This document shows positions 9,427 through 17,513 of a stretch of DNA of 60,994 bases, piece after piece (position 1 is the first letter of the stretch; each line of letters begins with the position of its first letter). Below the pieces are notes generated by a model that was not told the DNA's origin, did no database searches, and saw only the letters and a program-made list of their open reading frames with translations. Source of the stretch: Parcubacteria group bacterium GW2011_GWD2_38_11 (GTDB lineage: Bacteria > Patescibacteriota > Minisyncoccia > Moranbacterales > GWC2-37-73); NCBI GenBank assembly GCA_000992325.1, contig LBTZ01000001.1, positions 1-60,994 of the forward strand, in the 5' to 3' direction. The position numbers and the translations under genes were made by a program.

Positions 9427-10551
9427 CTACTTACCCTTGTTTTTTTCATCTTCCCTTTCTTTTTGACGCATTCTGCGCTCCTCGCACGTCATCCTGGTTG
9501 CATCTACAGTTATATAAAGTGGATGAGTCGTAACAACAATTCTCTTGGGAAGATCCTCGCATCCAGCATAGGGATTTTCTATTTTCTTTTCAGGTGGCAA
9601 TGGTTCCATCTGAGGTTCTATTGTGGGAGATGTTTGAGATTCAGATTTATTTTCCAACACTGGCTGAGATTCAGTTTGTGATTGAATTTTTGGCGATTCC
9701 TCTTTCGGCAATTGTTCCAATAAAGGTTTGCACATTGTTACAAAGTTTCCACACACATTAATAACTGAGACCGTACAAATATAATCTTCAAGAACAATAT
9801 TTTCCCATATCATCGCTTCAACTTGATCTACTTTTTTCCAGAAAAAACGAAATTCTGATTGATTGCAGACAACACCATTAGCGTCAGAAACACAATTTGC
9901 ATAATCCCCCTTTTTAATTATTCCAGCAATAGGCTCCTTCTCATTAACTGCTATTTCCATTTGCTGTTTCATATCAGGAAAATGATTTGATTGAAAAATA
10001 CCCTCCAAAACTTTTTGATTTCCCCTTTTTCCCATCGCCCCATAGGGAGATGTGTTATAATTTTTCACATCAATAGTTCCGACATCAGGAAATTTCAATA
10101 ATTCTCCAACAATAATTTTATTTGGATTTATTATACCGTTTTCCCTGGCTATATTTTTAATATAGCGCGATGAACCATACCAGCCCACAGCGATTTCCGA
10201 CAAAGTGTCACCCTTAATGACGGAAATATGAATTGCACCACCTGATTTCAGATTCCTTATGCGCTGGATATTGGCATTGTATTTACTTACTTTGCTTTTA
10301 AAAACAGCCACAGATTTTTCATCTATCGGAAGTTCAAATACCTGTCCCGGCTTAATGAAATTGAAATTTCCCTTTTTTAAGAGCCTTTCATAATTCATTT
10401 TTTTCAGCTCATTCAGCGAAACATTATAGCGCTTTGCGATTTTTCCTAATGTGTCGTTTTTTCTCACAACCACAGATTCAGCCTGAGCAACAACGCAAAA
10501 TAAAATATCTAACACACAAGCCAATATGAAAAACCACATTATTTTTTTCAT
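9427..10551 (-). CDS. Secreted LysM-domain protein
   Basis: Signal peptide MKKIMWFFILACVLDILFCVVAQA. Two LysM-like segments (VVVRKNDTLGKIAKRYNVSLNELKKMN..IKPGQVFELP and ISVIKGDTLSEIAV...NPNKIIVGELLKFP). Confidence 0.75.
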   Translation of the reverse strand: MKKIMWFFILACVLDILFCVVAQAESVVVRKNDTLGKIAKRYNVSLNELKKMNYERLLKKGNFNFIKPGQVFELPIDEKSVAVFKSKVSKYNANIQRIRNLKSGGAIHISVIKGDTLSEIAVGWYGSSRYIKNIARENGIINPNKIIVGELLKFPDVGTIDVKNYNTSPYGAMGKRGNQKVLEGIFQSNHFPDMKQQMEIAVNEKEPIAGIIKKGDYANCVSDANGVVCNQSEFRFFWKKVDQVEAMIWENIVLEDYICTVSVINVCGNFVTMCKPLLEQLPKEESPKIQSQTESQPVLENKSESQTSPTIEPQMEPLPPEKKIENPYAGCEDLPKRIVVTTHPLYITVDATRMTCEERRMRQKEREDEKNKGK

Positions 10552-10764
10552 AACATCCCCCTTCTCCTAATATTTATTATTGTTAAAGTGCAAAATATTT
10601 CACAAAAAACATCAGCACTCACACAAGCACCGAATGCCTTAAAATCTAATCCTTCATATAAGATACTACTAATCCAGGTTTACAATTATTTCTTGGCTTA
10701 TTATTGTCGACAAAAGACGTACTACACGCAAACTTTGCCTATCTTATTTACGCTACATTAATAT

Positions 10765-10798
10765 AAAACAGGTACTTATTTAAATAAGTACCTGTTTT
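10765..10798. terminator. Hairpin terminator downstream of the Fic cassette
   Basis: aaaacaggtacttattt/aaataagtacctgtttt is a perfect 17-bp inverted repeat with flanking A/T runs. Confidence 0.6.
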
Positions 10799-10901
10799 AT
10801 TTTATTGCACGGGCTATAGATACAACTAATCTTGGAAAATTGGGATAGGATTAATGTCAGATTACAGTGTGCAAGCGTGCTGTTAAAGCAAGCTCAGTAA
10901 A

Positions 10902-11789
10902 TTATTTTTCAATATGACCGAGACCTATTTTCCAAACCCCCTTCTCCCTAAAGGCTGGGACGCCTTGTCTTCTAGCAGCATTCAGAAGTGCATGCACCGA
11001 CTGTGAATTCTTTTTTGCATACTCGGACAATTTTATAATTTCATCACCTTTCAAATACGTGATTCTTTTGTGTAATGATTCCATGAGTGCAAGTGACAGA
11101 ACTTTTTCCATTGTCTTTGAATTTTCCTGATATCGATAATCCCCAAATGATTTATAATATTGTGCCTTTTCTTTATCGCGAATAATTATCATCGGAAGTC
11201 CAAGTCTCAAGAATTGATAATTCATAAGAACCCTGCCAATTCTTCCATTGCCATCACAAAAAGGATGTATGGTTTCGAAATCCAAATGAAACTTGGCGAT
11301 CTTGTCTAAAAAATATTCATCCAAATTATTGGTATAATAATTTAAGATATCTTCAATCATAAAGGCAACTTTTTCTGGAGCCGGAGCCACATGTGTTCCA
11401 ACTCGCACATATTCGCCAACATTTCTAAAGCGTCCTGCAAACTCATCATTAATTCCACCAATTAACATTTGATGAAGCAATAAAATTAATTCCTTATCAA
11501 TTTCTTTTTCCTTAGATTTATCACGGATATAATTGATAACTCTGGACAAATTTCTTGCCTCATACACCTCTCGCACACTCACATCGCGAGAAACTTCCAT
11601 CTCCAAGAGAATTTTTTCTGTCTCCTTTAATGTCAACGTCGAATTTTCAATAGCATTAGAATTATAAACACTCTCTGGAATTTCAGCTTCATCAATTAAA
11701 ACAAGGAGTGATTCTTTCCCTTTGCGAAGTTTATCATATTCACTTTTAAGTGCTTGGATGCGCTTTTTGATTGGATTTGTAATTGGCAT
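10902..11789 (-). CDS. Fic/DOC family protein (AMPylase-type) with N-terminal inhibitory motif
   Basis: Fic motif HPFCDGNGRIGR (HxFx(D/E)GNGRxxR). N-terminal SNAIEN fits the (S/T)xxxE(G/N) inhibitory helix motif of class II Fic proteins. Confidence 0.9.
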   Translation of the reverse strand: MPITNPIKKRIQALKSEYDKLRKGKESLLVLIDEAEIPESVYNSNAIENSTLTLKETEKILLEMEVSRDVSVREVYEARNLSRVINYIRDKSKEKEIDKELILLLHQMLIGGINDEFAGRFRNVGEYVRVGTHVAPAPEKVAFMIEDILNYYTNNLDEYFLDKIAKFHLDFETIHPFCDGNGRIGRVLMNYQFLRLGLPMIIIRDKEKAQYYKSFGDYRYQENSKTMEKVLSLALMESLHKRITYLKGDEIIKLSEYAKKNSQSVHALLNAARRQGVPAFREKGVWKIGLGHIEK

Positions 11790-12104
11790 ATTTTTTAGTT
11801 AATATTATACTATAAGTATACATTATTAACATATTATTGTCAATATATCGTTAATATTATGGTAAAGTAAGATAAATTAACTATTTTTTTCGTAAAGTAC
11901 TTGACATCAGAACCAAAAAAGAAGTTTCACTAAGCCTCAATTTTAGTTAAATTTTTCACTGCACGGGGCTATGCCTGCCTGCCCCGCCAGCTGGCGGATG
12001 GACAGGATAGATGTCGGATTACAGCGTGCAAGCGCCTTGTTAAAACAAATGTGAAATAAAAAGGGAGCAGACAATAATATGTCTGCTCCTATAATTCACC
12101 GCCA

Positions 12105-12365
12105 TCAAACATCATCAACAATTCTTCCGTATTTTGTAATGAGACTACCGCGTTTGGTTCTGAAATCATATTCAGCAATGAAAAGTCCAGTAAGCGTATA
12201 GCCAAGGAGCTTAACACGCTCATTTTTCAAAAACTTCGCATCATTTATTCTATGTGGATAATACTCACCTTCAATCTTGAAATACATTTTACCATATTGA
12301 GCATGTAGTTTATCAAATTCTTCCCCGGTAGGTCCATCTTCAATATCGACTCTCACTAGACACAT
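12105..12365 (-). CDS. Hypothetical protein (86 aa)
   Basis: ORF with a strong SD (aaaaggaggatgtt-ATG) at the internal Met of track ORF 12105..12392. No recognisable motif. Confidence 0.5.
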   Translation of the reverse strand: MCLVRVDIEDGPTGEEFDKLHAQYGKMYFKIEGEYYPHRINDAKFLKNERVKLLGYTLTGLFIAEYDFRTKRGSLITKYGRIVDDV

Positions 12366-12379
12366 AACATCCTCCTTTT

Positions 12380-12502
12380 TTAGTTGCCCCATCCGGCAAC
12401 GGGTTTAGGTTTAATTTCTTTATTGCACTTTTTGCAAAAATATTTGCCATGCAAACGATAAACTATTTCGCCACATTTAAGGCAAGTAATATAGCCATTC
12501 AT
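12380..12502 (-). CDS. Small zinc-ribbon protein (40 aa), not in the ORF track
   Basis: Hand translation gives MNGYITCLKCGEIVYRLHGKYFCKKCNKEIKPKPVAGWGN. It has two CxxC pairs and the SD aaaaggggg-taaat-ATG. The stop overlaps the SD region of the next ORF. Confidence 0.5.
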   Translation of the reverse strand: MNGYITCLKCGEIVYRLHGKYFCKKCNKEIKPKPVAGWGN

Positions 12503-12951
12503 ATTTACCCCCTTTTGTTAAAGAACTAACACATTTTTTGGAAATTTTTTAAATAAAAAAACTCCTCATCCTCACTCGCACAATACAAAAAGTATTATGC
12601 GAAAGGACGAAGAGTCTCAAACTCACTTCGTGGTACCACCTTTCTTTTGGAAAAATAAAAAACGCCTCGGAAGGCGCCAGCTAAGTTCCACTCATCAACT
12701 CCAGCTTGCGCCGACATTGATTATCCTTTAATTACGGAGGATGCCGAGTTTCCACTATCGCAGAAACCACTCTTTCACAATTACTTGTAAAAAGTTAGAC
12801 CCAACCCCGAATCTCTTCGGGATCTAACTTGTGAGTTTTATAACTTGTAAAAATTCTTAATTTCAGATTATCAATGTTTGTTAATTTTGTCAAATATGTA
12901 TCATATATTAAACGCAAAAAACGCCTTATTCAAGCGTTTTTTGACCTATTT

Positions 12952-12971
12952 TTGCACGGGCGGCAGGAATC
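12952..12971. repeat. 20-nt exact duplicate of the tRNA-Trp 3' end (att-like)
   Basis: ttgcacgggcggcaggaatc is identical at 12952-12971 and 13131-13150 (the latter covers the T-arm/acceptor 3' half of tRNA-Trp plus 3 nt). Confidence 0.85.
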
Positions 12972-13133
12972 CTCCTCCCCCAAAATTTCTCGCGAGTACA
13001 CAGAGAAATTTCTCCTCCAGAGCCTGGGTTTTCAAAAACGCAAAATCATTTGCGTTTTTGAAATACCCTTCGATTCCTGCGCAAGCAAGATAATAAAACA
13101 GACATCTTAAATGATGTCTGTTTTATTATCTTG

Positions 13134-13204
13134 CACGGGCGGCAGGAATCGAACCCACGCCAACGGTTTTGGAGACCGACGTACTACCACTATACGACGC
13201 CCGC
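13134..13204 (-). tRNA. tRNA-Trp (anticodon CCA)
   Basis: Hand-folded cloverleaf: acceptor GCGGGCG/CGCCCGU, D-arm GUAU..GUAC with GG, anticodon loop CUCCAAA, T-loop UUCGAUU, discriminator G. No CCA is encoded. Confidence 0.85.
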
Positions 13205-13238
13205 ATTTATAAAGGCGAGCAAAGCCCGCCCTTAAAGA

Positions 13239-13403
13239 TTATTTCATTTCCTTATGTTCAGTGTGCTTTCTGCAATGATTGCAGAATTTGTTTAGTTCAA
13301 GCTTTTCTTTGATCTTCTTTTTGTTACGAGAAGTGTAATAGTTAATTTCTTTGCATTCACTGCATTTAAGTTTAACTAGGTTTTCCTTTGTCTTTGTCGC
13401 CAT
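13239..13403 (-). CDS. rpmG: 50S ribosomal protein L33 (54 aa), not in the ORF track
   Basis: Hand translation gives MATKTKENLVKLKCSECKEINYYTSRNKKKIKEKLELNKFCNHCRKHTEHKEMK. This shows the typical L33 CxxC...CxxC layout and the KLEL.KFC motif. Confidence 0.9.
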   Translation of the reverse strand: MATKTKENLVKLKCSECKEINYYTSRNKKKIKEKLELNKFCNHCRKHTEHKEMK

Positions 13404-13579
13404 ATTTGTCTGTGAGGTACGAACAGCTACAAATATGAGCGTTCCGCACCAATTCTATAATTAAAACTTAATATTATCACTTTCTGAGCCGGAGGCGTTT
13501 CCGTGAAATTAATTACCCCTAACATCAATCTCCTTTCGGAATTTGGTGCTGGGATCGCCATACACATTTATTCAACCTG

Positions 13580-13848
13580 AGCCGTTGACCGGAATCGGAC
13601 CGGTGACCTCATCCCTCATTTGCACCTCTATTTTTATATTGCATCTATTGTAGAGGATTAGACTGTATATTAAGCATATCCATTAGACTTAGCTTCCCTT
13701 GTCAGTCGTTCGGGCGTAATTTAGCTTACGCCACGGTCTGAGCCAAATGCTAGGCCTTTAACCGTTATTCAGGATTCGCCACTCAGTTTCCCGAGCGGTG
13801 GGCAATGAGTTCACCAAGGATGTGCTCTACCAACTGAGCTACAACGGC
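13580..13848 (-). tRNA. tRNA-Thr (anticodon GGU) interrupted by a ~196-nt intron between positions 36 and 37
   Basis: Exon 1 (13848-13813) is GCCGUUGUAGCUCAGUUGGUAGAGCACAUCCUUGGU. Exon 2 (13616-13580) is AGGGAUGAGGUCACCGGUCCGAUUCCGGUCAACGGCU. Joined, they fold into a full cloverleaf (acceptor GCCGUUG/CAACGGC, anticodon stem CAUCC/GGAUG, loop UUGGUAG). Confidence 0.8.
13617..13812 (-). ncRNA. Probable group I intron (no ORF) in the tRNA-Thr anticodon loop
   Basis: It follows U36 and ends in G. P2-like hairpin CCGCUCGG-GAAA-CUGAGUGG. P4 CGGU/ACCG. P6 GGCGUAA/UUACGCC. P7 GACUG/CAGUC. AAUAUACAGUC resembles the conserved J8/7-P7 'S' element AAGAUAUAGUC. ACGACUGACAAGGG resembles CAGAGACUCGACGGG of cyanobacterial tRNA introns (recalled from memory). 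Confidence 0.65.
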
Positions 13849-13897
13849 AACATTCACTTTTTATTCAAACATATACCTTCTCTTTTATTCTACGCGG

Positions 13898-13980
13898 TGG
13901 GCAGTGAGGGATTCGAACCCCCGAAGGCGTAAGCCGTGTGGTTTACAGCCACATCCAGTTGACCGCTTTGGTAACTACCC
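13898..13980 (-). tRNA. tRNA-Tyr (anticodon GUA), long variable arm
   Basis: Acceptor GGGUAGU/ACUGCCC, anticodon stem UGUGG/CCACA, loop CUGUAAA, variable arm CGGCUUACGCCUUC, T-loop UUCGAAU. Confidence 0.85.
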
Positions 13981-14087
13981 GAATAAAATGTAAAATAGAA
14001 ATCTCAAAATGAAAAATTATGGAAATCGTCGCAAAGCGACTCATTAATTTTACATTTTGATTTTTTAATTTTCAATTTGCATTTATG

Positions 14088-14159
14088 AGCCACCCACCGG
14101 ATTTGAACCGATAACCTACTGTTTACAAAACAGTAGCTCTACCGTTGAGCTAGGGTGGC
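14088..14159 (-). tRNA. tRNA-Thr (anticodon UGU)
   Basis: Acceptor GCCACCC/GGGUGGC, D-arm GCUC..GAGC, anticodon stem ACUGU/ACAGU, loop UUUGUAA, T-loop UUCAAAU. Confidence 0.85.
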
Positions 14160-14182
14160 AATATTCATCCATCTTACACTAT

Positions 14183-14839
14183 CTATTTCATTCTTTCAAG
14201 TCTTCTAATTCTTAATCGCGCCTTATGATGAACAGGACTCAATTTCAAAACCTGCCTAAAACATTCCAGAGAATCTTGAAAATTTTCACTTTCCAAATAA
14301 TAATCCCCCAATCTTTCATATGCCTCTATATCTCGGGGATTTATTGCGATTCTTTTAATAAGCGCTTCCTCAAGTTTGTTTTTTTCTTTTGTCCTTTTTT
14401 GCTGTGGCATAGTTACGGTTTCCCTAACCATAGGTCTAAGCGCTTGTTTTTCCGGCAAAGAAGTAACATTATTTTTAGGCGCAATATTTTCAACAAAATT
14501 TTCAACTTCATCAATCCGAACTATTTTCTGCTCCTGAATTTCTTTTTGTATCTGCACATTTCTCTGTCTTTTTTCGCGAATTGTCTGAAACCACACATTG
14601 CTCACATTGTGAAATTTAAGTGACAATAATTTTGAATGATGCATCATTCTTTCCAATATCTTTAAACCAAACTGTCCCATTGTTGACATCATTTTTACAG
14701 TATTTTTTTCACTTTCTCTTTTCTGCTCATCCGCAATAAATTCTCCAGCTGGAATTTGCGCAGCTTTGCGAAAAAGAAACATTATCAAAATAGAAATGCT
14801 AACAACAATTATAATTGGCGGTAAAATATAATTCAACAT
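14183..14839 (-). CDS. Membrane-anchored TPR-repeat protein
   Basis: N-terminal TM helix (ILPPIIIVVSISILIMFLF). C-terminal TPR-like EAYERLGDYYLESENFQDSLECFRQVLKLSP. Confidence 0.55.
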   Translation of the reverse strand: MLNYILPPIIIVVSISILIMFLFRKAAQIPAGEFIADEQKRESEKNTVKMMSTMGQFGLKILERMMHHSKLLSLKFHNVSNVWFQTIREKRQRNVQIQKEIQEQKIVRIDEVENFVENIAPKNNVTSLPEKQALRPMVRETVTMPQQKRTKEKNKLEEALIKRIAINPRDIEAYERLGDYYLESENFQDSLECFRQVLKLSPVHHKARLRIRRLERMK

Positions 14840-14865
14840 GTAATTTGAAATTATTTCGAAGGAAA

Positions 14866-15642
14866 TTAGATGAGTGCTTCTTTTTTTACAACCATAACTG
14901 TGCCATCAGCCATTCTTATCTTAACATCTCCAGTCAATACATTCAATTCGATAACCTCACCTTTGCCATCACGAGTCTTCACATGACTTCGTACCTCAGG
15001 CATTCCAGTCATCATTTGCTGATATTGAGCAGCTTCATATGAAAGACAACACATAAGTCGTCCACAAACACCAGAAATTCTTTCACTTCCCCTGTGCGCA
15101 ACTTGTTGCACGCGAGCCATATCAATTGAAATACTAGGCAAGCTTCCTGGAAAGCGCAGACAGCAAAGATCTCTGCCACAAACCCCACATCCTCCCAATT
15201 TCCTGGCTTCATCGCGCGAACCAACTTGATGCATTCTCACGGAGCGATGAAAAATTTTGGAAAGATTTTTTACCAATTCGCGAAAATCAACTCGCTCATC
15301 AGCAGTAAAAAGAATCACAGCGTTACTTCCATCAAGGCTAATATGCACGTCTACCAATTTCATATTAAGCATTAAACGCTTGATTTCAATTTTGCTCAAT
15401 TTCAAAATTTCACCTTTTTTCTCCTCATTTTTTGCCAGCATTTCCAAATCTCTCTCGGTTGCCTTGCGAACAATTGTCGTATTTCTTTCTTTCATTACAA
15501 CACCCTCACCATCTTCTATGTATGCAATTTCACTGGCCAAGTCCTCTTTTATGACAATAACATCACCAGTTTGAAATTCATGCTCGCTCTTACATTGACG
15601 CGCTGGCTCCCAGCTATACACACGAACTGAATATTTATACAT
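14866..15642 (-). CDS. ricT: PSP1-domain protein (RicT/YaaT family)
   Basis: 258 aa with Cys-rich C-terminal segments GGCGVCGRDLCCLRF and CGRLMCCLSYE, typical of PSP1/YaaT. Confidence 0.8.
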   Translation of the reverse strand: MYKYSVRVYSWEPARQCKSEHEFQTGDVIVIKEDLASEIAYIEDGEGVVMKERNTTIVRKATERDLEMLAKNEEKKGEILKLSKIEIKRLMLNMKLVDVHISLDGSNAVILFTADERVDFRELVKNLSKIFHRSVRMHQVGSRDEARKLGGCGVCGRDLCCLRFPGSLPSISIDMARVQQVAHRGSERISGVCGRLMCCLSYEAAQYQQMMTGMPEVRSHVKTRDGKGEVIELNVLTGDVKIRMADGTVMVVKKEALI

Positions 15643-15744
15643 AAATTAACTTACCACTTACGACTTACAACCAACAACGAAGCAACTTATTGTACAGTAA
15701 ATTATTACCCAGCGAGTGATGATACCAAGCTGGTTACTACCAGC

Positions 15745-16320
15745 TTACAATTCGATTCGAGACATTTCACTAATTTCAATTTTTTCCCCCATTTTTCCAA
15801 TAGCTGCCACAATCAAATCATTAATTGTGATTTCAGGATTTTTAACAAAAGATTGAGTTAGAAGTGCTGACTCTTCTCTGAATTTCTTTTCCTTCCCTAG
15901 CATAATTTTTTCAATCATTTCTGCAGGTTTTTTTTCTGTTTCCAAAAGCGCACGCCAAATTTCTTTTTCCTTTTCAATTAATTCAACTGGCATATCTTCC
16001 GGCTTGATAAATTTTGGACTCATTGCTGTTATGTGCATCGCGATATCTTTGGCAAGCGCAACAAATTCTTCATTACGAGCAACAAAATCAGTTTCACAAA
16101 GCAATTTAACCAAAGCTCCAACCTTATTTGAATGAACATAAGAAACAACAACACCTTCTTTCGTAACGCGATCTGCTTTTTTAGCAGCTTTACTCTCTCC
16201 TTGCTTACGAAGGATTTCGATTGCCTTTTCCTCGTCTCCTCCAGCTTCATCAACAGCCTTTTTAATAGCGACCATTCCAGCGCCAGTGCGCTCTCTAATT
16301 TTTTTAACTAATTCAAACAT
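15745..16320 (-). CDS. tsf: Elongation factor Ts (short form, 191 aa)
   Basis: MFELVKKIRERTGAGMVAIKKAVDEAGGDEEKAIEILRKQG is the canonical EF-Ts UBA-like N-terminus. The ATG at 16320 is preferred over the TTG at 16332. rpsB lies immediately upstream, the usual rpsB-tsf order. Confidence 0.9.
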   Translation of the reverse strand: MFELVKKIRERTGAGMVAIKKAVDEAGGDEEKAIEILRKQGESKAAKKADRVTKEGVVVSYVHSNKVGALVKLLCETDFVARNEEFVALAKDIAMHITAMSPKFIKPEDMPVELIEKEKEIWRALLETEKKPAEMIEKIMLGKEKKFREESALLTQSFVKNPEITINDLIVAAIGKMGEKIEISEMSRIEL

Positions 16321-16433
16321 AGTTTTTAACAATACTAATGATGCGAATTTTATGCTAATACACGAATATGCGAATCATTCGTGTCATTTGCGTATTTGCA
16401 TCATTTGCATTCATTTGCGTATTAGTATTTTTA

Positions 16434-17231
16434 TTATGCTTCTTTAATTGCTTTGTATGCGTAAGAAAGAATAAGCCTTAGGGATGAAATTGCATCATCA
16501 TTTGCAGGAATTGGGAAATCAACGTGTGATGGATCAATATTTGTGTCAGCAATTGCAATCACAGGAATACCCATTTTCTTAGCCTCAGTAATCGCCAAAC
16601 TATCTTCCTTGATGCTTGCAGCAAACACCGCTCCTGGCAGATCTGCCATATTTTTGATTCCACCCATTCTTTTTTCCATTTTTTCCAATTCTTCCATTTT
16701 CTTCATTTGCTCAAACTTTGTATATTTTTTGAATTCTCCCCGAGCAAGCATTCCTTCACTGTCAACCAAATATCGAGTTCGGCCGCGAATCACTTTGAAG
16801 TTTGTAAATGTTCCACCAAGCCATCTTTCACTAACAAATGGCATTTGCAGAGCTCCAGCCACGTCGCGCACAAGATCCTTGGCTTGAATTTTAGTTCCCA
16901 CAAAAAGAATGCTTTTACCGCTTTTTTTCACACTCACAAGAAAATCAAGAGCTTCTTGAATTTTTTCTTGTGTCTTTTGAAGATCAATAATGTTGATTCC
17001 TTTACGAGTTGTAAAGATGTATTCATCCATTTTTGGGTTTCTGCGGGCCTTTTGATGACCAAAATGCACACCGGCCTTCATCATTTCCTCAAGACTTTGC
17101 TCAATTTTAGACACATCAAGAGAAGCGAAATAGCTTTCTCGCCCCCCGCCTGCATCGCTATGCGAAGCATTGCGGGCAGGTTCTTTTTCCTCTGCAGCAG
17201 CCGGAGCTACTTGAGTAGTTTCATTTTGCAT
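16434..17231 (-). CDS. rpsB: 30S ribosomal protein S2 (N-terminal extension uncertain)
   Basis: The core MMKAGVHFGHQKARRNPKM...IFTTRKGINIIDL is canonical S2. The first ~40 codons include a family B palindrome (ARNASHSDAGGG). An in-frame GTG at ~17111 would give a conventional N-terminus. Confidence 0.9.
   Translation of the reverse strand: MQNETTQVAPAAAEEKEPARNASHSDAGGGRESYFASLDVSKIEQSLEEMMKAGVHFGHQKARRNPKMDEYIFTTRKGINIIDLQKTQEKIQEALDFLVSVKKSGKSILFVGTKIQAKDLVRDVAGALQMPFVSERWLGGTFTNFKVIRGRTRYLVDSEGMLARGEFKKYTKFEQMKKMEELEKMEKRMGGIKNMADLPGAVFAASIKEDSLAITEAKKMGIPVIAIADTNIDPSHVDFPIPANDDAISSLRLILSYAYKAIKEA
17144..17180. repeat. Family B palindrome (cccgcctgcatcgctatgcgaagcattgcgggcagg) inside the annotated rpsB 5' end
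   Basis: Near-perfect inverted repeat. Copies at 19781, 41463, 46314, 55592 and split at 49863/49951. Confidence 0.85.
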
Positions 17232-17513
17232 ATTTTTTTACCCTAACCAAATCTCCCCAAAAATGAGGCTCTCCGGTGCGAGTTTCCTTTTATGTCGCAG
17301 AGCGACCACCTACTTTTTCCCTTATATTAGCCAGAAATCTCAATTTATCGAGACAGGACCAGCCAGAAAAAGTATGCTTTTTGTTAATTAGTAATACAAG
17401 ACTTAGTATAGCCCAGGACCCACCCCTTGTCAATTTTCTCTTACTATGTTAGGCTTTCTGAGTACAAATTTAACGCTATCTAACATTAATCGAATTCTTA
17501 AACGATAAACTAT

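Noticed and set aside
10800-12050. Fic cassette flanked by ~90-nt direct repeats as an integron cassette with attC sites.
   Set aside because: The repeat ends (gttaaagcaa / gttaaaacaa) do not fit the GTTRRRY / RYYYAAC core sites. No intI gene or attI is present, and the repeats resemble tRNA 3'-end fragments instead.
12874-13110. Two overlapping ~75-aa plus-strand ORFs.
   Set aside because: They span the tRNA-Trp 3'-end duplicate and two perfect hairpins (aaatttctc..gagaaattt; ttcaaaaacgcaaa..tttgcgtttttgaa). There is no SD and the sequence is low-complexity, so they are non-coding.
13404-13579. Possible additional tRNA (expected tRNA-Gly) at about 13485-13575, because of the tRNA-like end tgagccggaggc.
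   Set aside because: No cloverleaf can be drawn: there is no matching 5' acceptor strand, no GG D-loop and no TPsiC-like loop. It is probably an rpmG leader or promoter region.
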